From Mobula hypostoma (Eukaryota), in the NCBI RefSeq assembly GCF_963921235.1, contig NC_086108.1, positions 11,966,001 through 12,030,000 on the forward strand: a DNA stretch of 64,000 nucleotides. The letters run 5' to 3'. How positions within the stretch are numbered: position 1 is the first letter of the stretch; each line of letters begins with the position of its first letter. The translations under genes were made by a program, and so were the position numbers. Below are positions 12,631 to 23,419 of the stretch, piece by piece. The notes below the pieces were generated by a model. The model was not told the DNA's origin and did not search any database. It saw nothing but the letters and a program-made list of their open reading frames with translations.

Positions 12631-13169
12631 TCTCATCTATGGCAGAAGGGAAGAATCGTTGAGCGTGTGTCTTTTACCTCCTCCCTGATGGTAGCAATGA
12701 GAAGATGGGGTCCTTAATGAGGTATTGCTGCTTGAAGATGTCCTAGATACTCTGGAGGCCAGTGCTCATGATGGAGCTGACTGAATTTACAACTCCCTGC
12801 AGCTTATTTCAATCCTGTGCAGCAGCAACACCCCCTACCCTCCCATACCAGAGAGCAATACAGCCAGTTAGAATGCTGTCCACGATACATCTGTAGACAT
12901 TTGTGGATATCTTTAGTGACATAACAAACCTCCTCAAATTCCTAATGAAATATAGCCAATGTGTCCAGACAATATACCTGATCTGCTGAGTTCCTCCAGC
13001 ATTTTAGGACCACAAGTCCAAAGATATAGGAGCAGAATTAGGCCATTTGGCCCTTCAAGTCTGCTCCATCATCTCATTGTTGTGTTTCCTCTTAGTCCCA
13101 GTCTCCTGCCTTCTCCCTGTATCCCTTCATGTGTTGACTAATCAAGAATCTTTTAGCCTCTGCCTTCAA

Positions 13170-13458
13170 ATCATTTATTTATTGACATGCAGTGCAGTGA
13201 AGGCCCTGCTGGCCCTTCGAACCGTGCTGTCCAGCAGTCCTCCCAATTTATCCTAACCTAATCATGGCACAAGTTATAATGACCAATTATCTACCAACCA
13301 TTATGTCTTTTGACTCTGGGAGGAAACCAGAGCACCCGGAGGAAACACATCCCGTCACGAGGAGAATGTACAAACTCCTAACAGACATCGACAGGAATTG
13401 AACCTGGGTCGCTTGGACTGTAAAGCGTTGAGCTAACCACTATGCAACCATGCGTCCC
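13170..13458 (-). mobile_element. tRNA-derived V-domain SINE (HE1-like) nested in a CR1 3' fragment (~13010-13585)
   Basis: Antisense V-domain GGGAGGAAACCAGAGCACCCGGAGGAAAC, B box GGTTCAATTCC and A-box-like head near 13450. Confidence 0.85.
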
Positions 13459-15289
13459 AAAGACTTGGCCTCCAGAGTCACCTGTATTCCACAGTTTCAC
13501 CACTCTCTTGTTAAAGAAATTCCTCCTCATCTCCGATCTAAATGGATGCCACTCCTTTCTGAGGCTTAATGTCCTCTGATCTTAGTGTGTTACTCTGGAC
13601 TTCTGGCAGTAACTTGTAGTAACCTGAGTAGGTTTTAATGGGATAAGTTTTACAAAATGAGGTACTTCATGTTTGGTTTTCTGATCACTGTACCAAATTC
13701 AATATCTTACTAAACCAGGCTTAAAATATGACCAGCCAGAAGATCGCATCAAACACAGCAGGAAATCATATCAGTGTGGTATGGCGGAGATGGAAGCATA
13801 TCAGAAGGAGTAAACACCCCACAGGCAGGTTTTGCATGTACGCATACTCTGCAAATCCCAACCCTCAGATTGCAATACTAAAGTTGCTCTGGGATCTGAG
13901 CCAATAGGGGACTGAGTTAACATTCTCTCAGCTCATCAATTCACAAGGTGATATTTGCCAGCTGTCAGAGAGATGAAGGAGACAAAGCTCCCATTTGGAT
14001 TCAAGGCCAGGTCCCAGTGATGAACGAACACTATTCAAATACATTCTCACTCAGTCTTGTGTTATGGATCGCTCTTAATACAAGCTTAATGGGTTTTGAT
14101 ATTTGCATACTAAGGAGGTAACAGATGTTTATCAATTTAAGTAATGTTCAGTAATGTAGTGACTCAAAAAGAAATTACAGGATAAAATATTTAAGAGATT
14201 ATCCACACTCCCTACTTCTGCATTTAGACACAACGTGTATAGACCCACAGGCGTCTAACAGATGCAGAAGTTCCAAATACCTCAAGCTCAGATGCTCAAA
14301 GACCAGACTACACATTTTTTAAAATTTTTGTACCATCAATACTTTTTGTACAATCAATTCTGGCACTCAATATTATCATCCCCCCGAAGCTAATCAATAC
14401 GCTTCAAACCCCTGGCTTCAATATCTCTTTATTCAACTGCATCCTCGATTTCCTCACTTGCAGACCCCAATCAGTTCAGATGGGCAGCAATATCTCCTCC
14501 ACGATCTCCATCAGCACAGGTGCACCATAAGGTTAGCCCCCTGCTCTACTTTTATACCTATGACTGAGATACAGCTCTAATGCCATATTTAGGTTTGCTG
14601 ATGACAATGACATCATTGAGAGAATTAAAGGAAGCATACAGGAGGGGAATTGAAAGTCTGATGAGTGGTGCCACAACAACAACCTCTCACTCCATGTCTG
14701 CAAGACCAAGGTGCTAATTATTAACTTCAGTAGGAGGAAAATGGAGGTTCATGAACCAGTCTTCAATGAGGAATCAAAGGTGGAGAGAGTCAGCAAATTT
14801 AACTTCCTTGGAGTTTCCATTTCAGAGATCTGTCCAGGGTACAGCACATAAGTATAATTACAAAGCAAGTTGGGCACCTTTCTTAGAAGTTTGTGAAGAT
14901 TCAGCATGTCGTCTAAAACATTGACAAATTTCTATAGGTGCATAGTGGAGCATATAGTGACTAGTTGCATCTTGGCCTGGTATGAAAACACCAATGCCTT
15001 TAAACAGAAAAGCTTACAAAAGGTAGTGGATACAGTCCAGCCCATCACAAGAAAGTCCTCTACATCACAGAGCTAATCTACAAAGAGTGCTATCACAAGA
15101 AAACAACCTATCATCAGGGACCCTCACCACCTTGGCCATGCTCTCTCCTTGTTATTGATATCAAGTAGTAAGCACAGGAGTCTAAGGACCCACACCACCA
15201 GGTTCAGGAACAGTTATTACCCCACAACCATCAGGCTCCTGAACCAGGGATGATAACTTCACTCACTTCATCACTAAACTGTTTCCATA

Positions 15290-15873
15290 CCTGGTGGCAT
15301 CCGTTAGTCTCGTGGGACCATGGATCTGTGCCTGGAAAGTTCCAGGGCACAGGCCTGGGTAAGGTTGTATGGAAGACCGGCAGTTGCCCATGCAGCAAGT
15401 CTCTCTCCACAAGACCAATGTTGTCCAAGAGAAGGGCAAGGGCCGATACAGCTTGGCACCAGTGTCATCGCAGGAGTTGCCAGAATGAGGTTGAAGGTAA
15501 CGTCGGACTGCCTTAGGGACTCCAGCTCCAGATTTGTCCTCAGGGTTTACTCCGCAGCCTTTCCCATGAGTGGGTATGGCCGCAAGGCAGCAAAAGTTTG
15601 AAATCAGAGTTTTCCCTCTCTTAGATGAACTGCCTTCCCAGGCTGACGACCTCCATCTACCCAAAGCACTGGTTTTAAAGTGCCAGGACCCGCCTTCTCC
15701 CCTTCTCCTGTCAGTAGAAACAGTTCCGCCGGGCTTAGAGGCTAAGCCGCACGAGAAGGCCAGGAGTTGGGCTTGGTTGACAGAGGCTATTTGAGGCTCA
15801 TGCCGTGAGGAGAACTTTTTGGTAGTGGGAGCTTTTCCCCACTACCACTCCCTGGCTTGACAACCTTGGAACC
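15290..15873 (-). mobile_element. Full-length non-autonomous RTE-type retroelement (~580 bp)
   Basis: 20-bp perfect TSD ATCACTAAACTGTTTCCATA at 15270-15289 and 15874-15893. RTE-like 3' end ATCCATGGTCCCACGAGACTAACGGATGCC. No credible ORF. Confidence 0.8.
15705..15873 (-). ncRNA. Putative HDV/CPEB3-like self-cleaving ribozyme at the element 5' end
   Basis: P1 GGUUCC/GGAACU, P2 CUCCUG/CAGGAG, P3 GCC/GGC, L3 UUCUCGU and J4/2 CUGA occur in canonical order. Folded by eye only. Confidence 0.6.
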
Positions 15874-15942
15874 ATCACTAAACTGTTTCCATATCTATAG
15901 ACTCACTTTCAATGACTCTTCATCTCATGTTCTCAATATTTA

Positions 15943-15944
<2 letters not shown>

Positions 15945-15980
<36 letters not shown>

Positions 15981-16002
15981 CATCATTATTATTATCATTA
16001 TT
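15945..16002. repeat. (TAT)n microsatellite
   Basis: Run of tattattatt... with a few cat interruptions. Confidence 0.95.
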
Positions 16003-16035
16003 TATTTTTCTCTTTTTAATATTTGTACATTGATT

Positions 16036-16860
16036 GGTTCCTTAAGGTTGTCAAAGATGGTGACATGGTAATGGGAACAAGCTCTCACTACCCATTAAAT
16101 GCTCCCAGCGGTTTGCGTCTCAAATAACCTCTGACAACAAATTCCAGCTCCTGGCATTCACGTGTGGCTTAGCTACTAAACTTGTCGGAACCATTTTTAC
16201 TGACAGGAGAAGGGGCAAAGGCAGGTTACTGGTGCCTGAAAACCAGTCGCTTCGGGCAGATGGGGCTCTTCGGCCATGGTTGGCAGCTCATCAGGGAGAA
16301 GTAAAGCTCTGATCTCAACCTCCGCTGCCTTGCAGCCATACCCACTCATGGGAAAGGCTTCGGGAGTAAGCCCTGGGGGAAAATCTGGAGCTGGAGTCCC
16401 TCAGACAGTCCTACATTGAGTTCAACTCTGATTGTGACTCCTGTGATGACACTGGTCTCTGTCGTTCCTTTGAGTTCATCAGGCTGGCTGGTGGCGCAAT
16501 GGCATCAGCGCCGGACTCTGGAGCGAAGGCTCCCAAGTCCGAATCGAAGTTGGGCCACCCCCGAGCATGCTTTCCATCTATGCCGGGTTGAACGTCGAGT
16601 TAGCCACTCGGCCTCGTTAAAAAAAAAGGGTTGAGTCAGGAATGTTCATATCGTGACCCAGTTAATCCGAAAGGAGACCGATCCTGACACCACGCGCCAG
16701 ACAAGAATGGCATGACACGCTAAAAAGAAATCAGGTATGTGAAGGGAGGGAGCTTGCTACATGGACAACAGCTTGCTCTGCATATTGTACTTCCCTGGCT
16801 TGCATATCTAAACAGTTAGGACACAACATCCATGGTCATCCCTGACCAACAGAGGCTTCA
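16036..16860 (+). mobile_element. Second, diverged copy of the non-autonomous RTE-type element
   Basis: Colinear with the reverse complement of 15290-15873 (GGTTCC.AAGGTTGTCA, ACTGACAGGAGAAGGGG, GCCATACCCACTCATGGGAAAGGCT, ATCCATGGTC). Confidence 0.8.
16484..16729 (+). mobile_element. CpG-rich tRNA-derived SINE
   Basis: A box TGGCGCAATGG (16492-16502), B-box-like GTCCGAATC (16537-16545), A-rich end, and ATCAGG direct repeats at 16478 and 16730. Confidence 0.75.
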
Positions 16861-17868
16861 GCAGCTCAGCACTTTGCTTATCCGTCTTTTTGGGTGCGGT
16901 CTTTCATTGATCCTGTTGTGTTTCCTGTATTCATCGTGAATACCTGCAAGAAAACAAACCCCAGGGTTGTATATGATGACATGTACTTTGATAATGAATT
17001 CACTTTGAATTTTGATCTTTAAAGTAGAAGTCACACAGTCTGCCTATGCACCAGATATGTCCTTCCTACAGAGAACCCTTTGAGGAGCTGCAAGGGACTG
17101 CTAAGCCTTGGAGAGAAGCCAGGAGGGCTTTCAAAAACTTTATTTGGGAAAGGTAAGGGCAGAAGACTGAGATTTAGTAGCGAAAAGAACTCTTTCACCA
17201 TCTAGTGGGTGATGGGGGAAAGGTCAGATGGGCGAAAGATGTGTGGTGAGGTAGATAGCCAGCTGTCAGAGCGGCTAACACATCTTCACGTTCCCTCACT
17301 CCTTCCTTGCTTAACGTCTGTTAATCTCCGATAGAAAGGCACCAAGCCTAAGTCCCCAAAGTAAAACCTTTCTCCTTCCTCAATTGCTGCAGGCAGGAAT
17401 CCATTTACTAATCACTAGTTAATGATCTGGAACTCACCCAGAGCACACAGGGCAGTAGCTAACACTCCAGACACCCCACAATAGGTGATGTCTCACCAGT
17501 GCCTCTCAATAAAGGCTTCACCCAATTCAGGGAGAGAAGAAGGCTTTAAGAGACATTTTGATAGGCACATAAATATAAGGGAAATGGAATGATATGGACG
17601 TTGTGCAGGCAGAAGAGATTAGTTTAGATTAGAATCAGGTTTAATATCACCAACATACAGGGGCATGCAAAAGTTTGGTCAAAATTTCTGTTACTGTGAA
17701 TAGCTAAACGAGTAAAAGATGATCTGATTTCCAAAAGGCATGAAGTTAAAGATGACACATTTCTTTAATATTTTAAGCAAGATTACTTTTTTTATTTCCA
17801 TCTTTTACAGTTTCAAAATAACAAAAAAGGAAAGGGGCCTGAAGCAAATGTTTGGGCACCCTGCATGG

Positions 17869-19216
17869 TCAGTACTTAGTAACACACCCTTTGGCAAGTA
17901 TCACAGCTTGTAAACACTTTCTGTAGCCAGCTAAGAGTCTTTCAATTCTTGTCTGGGGAATTTTCACCCATTCTTCTTTGCAAAAGGCTCCTAGTTCTGT
18001 GAGATTCTTGGGCCGTCTTGCATGCACTGCTCTTTTGAGGTCTATCCACAGATTCTCAATGATGTTTAGGTCGGGGTACTGTGAGGGCCATGGCAAAACC
18101 TTCAGCTTGTGCTTCTTGAGGTAGTCCATTGAGGCTTTTGAGGTGTGTTTAGAAACATAGAAAAAACATAGAAACATAGAAAATAGGTGCAGGAGTAGGC
18201 CATTCAGCCCTTCGAGCCTGCACTGCCATTTATTATGATCATGGCTGATCATCCAACTCAGAACCCTGCCCCAGCCTTCCCTCCATACCCCCTGACCCCC
18301 GTAGCCACAAGGGCCATATCTAACTCCCTCTTAAATATAGCCAATGAACTGGCCTCAACTGTTTCCTGTGGCAGAGAATTCCACAGATTCACCACTCTCT
18401 GTGTGAAGAAGTTTTTCCTAATCTTGGTCCTAAAAGGCTTCCCCTCTATCCTCAAACTGTGGCCCCTCGTTCTGGAGGATCATTATCCTGTTGTAGAAGC
18501 CAACCTCTTTTCACCTTCAGCTTTTTTACAGATGGTGTGATGTTTGCTTCCAGAATTTGCTGGTATTTAATTGAATTCATTCTTCCCTCTACCAGTGAAA
18601 TGTTCCCCGTGCTGCTAGCTGCAACATAAGCCCAAAGCCTGATCGATCCACCCCTGTGCTTTACAGTTGGAGAGGTGTTCTTTTCATGAAATTCTGCACC
18701 CTTTTTTCTCCAAACATACCTTTGCTCATTGCAGCCAAAAAGTTCTATTTTAACTTCATCAGTCCATAGGACTTGTTTCCAAAATGCATCAGACTTGTTT
18801 AGATGTTCCTTTGCAGACTTCTGATGCTGAATTTTGTGGTGAGGATGCAGGAAAGGTTTTCTTCTGATGACTCTTCCATGAAAGTCATATTTGTGCAAGT
18901 GTTGCCGCACAGTATAACAGTGCACCACCACTCCAGAGTCTGCTAAATCTTCCTGAAGGTCTTTTGCAGTCAAACGGTGGTTTTGATTTGCCTTTTTAGC
19001 AATCCTACAAGCAGTTCTCTTGGAAAGTTTTCTTGGTCTTCCAGACCTCAATTTGACCTCCACCTTTCCAGTTAACTGCTATTTCTTAATTACATTACGA
19101 ACTGAGGAAACGGCTACCTGAAAATGCTTTGCTATCTTCTTATAGCCCCCTCCTGCTTTGTGGGTATCATTAATTTTAATTTTCAGAGTGCTAGGCAGCT
19201 GCTTAGAGGAGCCCAT
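17869..19216 (-). pseudogene. Tc1 DD34E transposase, 340 codons after removing the 325-bp insert, with one premature stop
   Basis: MGSSKQLP start; GRPRK, WTDE, QDNDP|KHT and WPSQYPDLNIIENLW motifs; 34 residues between the second D and E; in-frame TAG at 19079-19081. Confidence 0.92.
18151..18475 (-). mobile_element. CR1 3'-terminal fragment inserted in the transposase catalytic domain
   Basis: RKNFFTQRVVNLWNSLP motif and (TTCTATGT)n tail; it splits DNDP from KHT. Confidence 0.92.
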
Positions 19217-19424
19217 GGCTGCTGATTGTTGGGACAAGGTTTGAGGAGTCAGGGTATTTATAAAGCTTTGAAATTTGCATCACCTGGCCTTTCCTAACAA
19301 TGACTGTGAACAAGCCACAGCCCTAACAAGCTAATTAAGGTCTGAGACCTTGGTAAATTTATCTGAGAGCTCAAGTCTCTTGGGGTGCCCAAACTTTGCA
19401 TGGTTTTTTCTTTTTATTTACTCT

Positions 19425-22411
19425 AACCATATAACCATATAACAATTACAGCATGGAAACAGGCCATCTTGGCCCTTCTAGTCCATTCCGAACTCTTACT
19501 CTTACCTAGTCACCTGCACTCAGCCCATAACCCTCCATTCCTTTCCTGTCCATATATCTATCCAATTTAACTTTAAATGACAACATCGAACCTGCCTCAA
19601 CCACTTCTGCTGGAAGCTCGTTCCACAGGGCTACCACTCTCTGAGTAAAGAAGTTCCCCCTCATGTCACCCCTAAACTTTTGCCCTTTAACTCTCAACTC
19701 ATGTCCTCGTGTTTGAATCTCCTCCACTCTCAATGGAAAAAGCCTATACACATCAACTCTATCTATCCCCCTCATAATTTTAAATACCTCTATCAAGTCC
19801 CCCCTCAACCTTCTACGCTCCAAAGAATAAAGACCTAACTTGTTCAACCTTTCTCTGTAACTTAGGAGATGAAACCCAGGTAACATTCTGGTAAATCTTC
19901 TCTGTACTCTCTCAATTTTGTTGACATCTTTCCTATAATTCGGTGACCAGAACTGTACACAATGCTCCAAATTTGGCCTTAACAATGCCTTGTACAATTT
20001 CAACATTACATCCCAACTCCTATACTCAATGTTCTGATTTATAAAAACTAGCATACCAAAAGCTTTCTTCACCACCCTATCCACATGAAATTCCACCTTC
20101 AGAGAGCTATGCACCATTAGTCCTAGATCCCTCAGTTCTACTGCATTCTTCATGCCCTACCATTTACCATGTATATTCTATTTTGATTAGTCCTACCAAA
20201 ATGTAGCACCTCACATTTATCAGCATTAAACTCCATCTGCCATCTTTCAGTCCACTCTTCTAACTGGCCTAAATTATTCTCTGCAAGCTTTGAAAACCCG
20301 CATCATTATCCACAACTCCACCTATCTTAGTATCACCTGCATACTTACTAATCCAATTTACCACCCCATCATCCAGGTCATTAATATATATGACAAACAA
20401 CACTGGACCCAGTACAGATCCCTGAGGCACACCACTACACACCGTCCTCCAATCTGACACACAGTTATCCACTACTACTCTCTGGCGTCTCCAATCTAGC
20501 CACGGCTGAATCCATTTTACTACTTCAATATTAACACCTTTTTTAAACAATGGAACAACTTGAGCAATATGCCAATTCTCTGGCACCATCCCCATTTCAA
20601 ATGACATTTGAAATATTTCTGTCTGTGCCCCTGCTATTTCCACGCTAACTTCCCTCAAGTTCCTATGGAATATCCTGTCAGGACCTGGGGACTTATCCAC
20701 TTTTATATTCTTTCAAAGCACCTGTACTTCCTCTTCTTTAATCATCATAGTTTCCATAACTACCCTACTTGTTTCCATTACCTTACACAATTCAATATCC
20801 TTCTCCTTAGTGAATACCGAAGAAAAGAAATTGTTCAAAATCAACACCATCTCTTTTGACTCTGTACATAGCCATCCACTTTGATTCTCTAAGAGACCAA
20901 CTTTATCCCTCACTATCCTTTTGCTGCGAATATAACTATAGAAAGCCTTTGGATTTATTTTCACTTTACTTACCAAAGCAACTTCACATCTTCTTTTAGC
21001 TCTTCTAATTTATTTCTTAAGATTCTTTTTACATTCTTTATATTCTTCAAGCACCTCATTTACTCCAAGCTGCCTGTATTTATTGTAGAACTCTCTCTTT
21101 TTCCGAACCAAGTTTCCAATATCCCTTGAAAACCATGGCTCTCTCAAACTTTTAACCTTTCCTTTCAACCTAACAGGAACATAAAGATTCTGTACCCTCA
21201 AAATTTCATCTTTAAATGACCTCCATTTCTCTATTACACCCTTCTCATAAAACAAATTGTCCTAATCCACTCCTTCTAAATCCTTTCGCATCTCCTCAAA
21301 GTTAGCCTTTCTCCAATCAAAAATCTCAACCCTGGGTCCAGACCTATCCTTCTCTATAATCATATTGAAACTAATGGCATTGTGATCACTGGACCCGAAG
21401 TGCTCCCCAGTACATACCTCCATCACCTGCCCTGTCTCATTCCCTAACAGGAGATCCAACACTGCCCCTTCTCTAGTTGGTACCTCTATGTATTGCTGCA
21501 AAAAATTATCTTGCACGCATTTTACAAACTCCAAACCATCCAGCCCTTTTACAGAATGGGCTTCCCAGTTTATGTGTGGAAAATTAAAATCTCCCACAAT
21601 CACAACCTTGTGCTTACTACAAATATCTGCTATCTCCTTACAAATTTGCTCCTCCAATTCTCGCTCCCCATTAGGTGGTCTATAATACAACCCTATAAGC
21701 GTTACTACACCTTTCCCATTCCTCAATTCCACCCAAATAGCCTCCCTAGAGGAGTCCACTAATCTATCCTGCCAAAGCACCGCTGTTACATTTTCTCTGA
21801 CAAGCAATGCAACACCTCCCCCTCTTGCCCATCCGATTCTATCACACCTGAAGTAACAAAATCCAGGAATACTTAGTTGCCAATCACACCCCTCCTGCAA
21901 CCATGTTTCACTAATCGCTACAACATCATATTTCCAAGTATCAATCCATCCTCTCAGCTCATCCACCTTTCTTACAATGCTCCTAGCATTAAAATAGATA
22001 CATTTAAGAAACTCTCCACCTCTTACTCTCTGCTTATCCATAATGGTGCAAACAACTTTGTTATTCTTTTCTTCCTTCTCCCCTACATCTTCGGTCTGAG
22101 TGCTCCCATTCTCTGTCCCCTGCCTATCCTCCCTCACACACTGCCTACTAGCTTTCTCTATTTGTGAACTAACCTCCTCTCTCCTAGCCTCTTCAATTTG
22201 ATTCCCACCTCCAACCATTCTAGTTTAAAGTCTCCTCAGTAGCCTTCGCAAATCTCCCCGCCAGGATATTGGTCCCTCTAGGACTCAAGTGCAACCTGTC
22301 CTTTTTGTACAGGTCACACCTGCACCAAAAGAGGTCCTAATGATCCAAAAACTTGAATCCCTGCCCCTTGCTCCAATCCCTCAGCCATTCATTTATCCTC
22401 CACATCATTCC
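19425..22411 (-). pseudogene. CR1 LINE: ORF1 esterase C-terminus, APE endonuclease, internally deleted reverse transcriptase and 3' tail
   Basis: LYKKDRLHLSPRG (ORF1 end), YFNARS, ISETW, YYRPP, GDFNFP, GSSDHN, GVPQGSVLGP; PLFKKG is fused directly to VNIEVVKWI; (TTATATGG)n tail. Confidence 0.93.
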
Positions 22412-22518
22412 ATAAAACTGTACAAAACAAAAATAATATAATAATCTTGCTTAAAATGTTGAAAAGAATGTTTCATCTTTAACTTTATGACTTTTGGAGA
22501 TCAGTTCATCCTCTACTC

Positions 22519-22995
22519 CCCAAATCTCCCTAAACTCTCAATGAAATATAGCTATTGTCAAGCATTGATATGTTGGGCCCAGGAGAGATCTTCTGAGATG
22601 CTGACACCCAGGAACCTGAAATTGCTCTCCCTTTCCACTTCTGATCTCTCATTGAAGAATGGTGTGTGTTCCCTCGTCTTACCCTTCCTGAAGTCCACCA
22701 TCAATTCTTTGCTTTGACTGGCGTTGAGTGTAAGGTTGTTGCTATGACACCACTCAACCAGCTGATCTATCTCTCTCCAGTACGCCTTCTCGTCACCATC
22801 TGAAATTCTGCCAACCATATTTTGTCATCAGCAAATTTATAGGTGGCATTTGAGCTGTGCCTAGTCACGCAGTCATGGATATAGAGAGAGCAGATCAGTG
22901 GGCTAAGCTCACACCCCTGAGGTGTACCAGTGTTGTTTATCATCGAGATGGTCTGCCCAGACTGTGGTCTTCTGTTGAAGAAGTTGAGATCTAGT
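22519..22995 (-). mobile_element. Rex/Babar-like LINE reverse transcriptase fragment
   Basis: KFADD, WCHSNNLTLN.SQSKELMVDFRK and FRFLGVSISEDLSW motifs. Confidence 0.8.
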
Positions 22996-23419
22996 TGAAG
23001 AAGGTAGTTGATTACTAATTGATTTGGTACAACACAGCATTATGGACCAAAGGGCCTGTTCCTGTGCTGTACTGTCATATGTTCTATGCTCTATACCTTT
23101 ACGTTTCAGGAGTAGCCTGAGAAATGTACATTTAATGCAAATGTTTTGAGACATTAGATAAATTTTATGAGTTAATGGGCGGTTCCGTCTTACAAACACA
23201 TGCACTGTATTGGCTTCTCCTCATCCTGCTGCCTCTCTGTTTTACCACACCCATGACAAGTGAAAATTATTCATACTTACACCAACTTTGTGATCAGTGC
23301 TTCTGTCGGTTCTCACTGGTCACAGACAGGTCTTGTGTCCGAATCTCCAGAGTGTCCATCCTATCTTGACAGTCAGTACCCCACCTCCATTATCCTGTCC
23401 CATTAGCCCAGTCCCATTA

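Larger units (their letters stand above)
14345..17015 (+). mobile_element. Decayed Rex/Babar-like LINE (reverse transcriptase to 3' UTR) hosting nested insertions
   Basis: ILDFLTCRPQSVQMG, RFADD and RTHTTRFRNSYYPTTIRLLN motifs; the 3' UTR resumes after the inserts. Confidence 0.75.
17658..22518 (-). mobile_element. Tc1-family DNA transposon (long inverted repeats with inner direct repeats) containing two CR1 insertions
   Basis: TA|CAGGGGCATGCAAAAGTTTGG terminus at 17656-17678; inner repeats at ~17845-17866 and ~19383-19402. 22441-22518 is the reverse complement of ~17710-17787. The outer right end is missing. Confidence 0.9.

Noticed and set aside
15705..15770. Twister ribozyme alternative (AACUCC...AAGCCCGG...GGAG)
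   Set aside because: The twister pseudoknot pairings are not supported in the second copy, while the HDV-like strand order also explains the element's 5' end.
16484..16560. tRNA gene
   Set aside because: No convincing acceptor stem or cloverleaf; it continues into a SINE body flanked by direct repeats.
21262..22218. 318-aa endonuclease ORF as a host gene
   Set aside because: It is the APE domain of a CR1 ORF2 followed by stops, frameshifts and a deleted reverse transcriptase core.
23275..23375. Minus-strand coding exon ending at a GTAAGT donor (23280)
   Set aside because: All three frames contain stops before the donor; at most a non-coding exon, with no further support.
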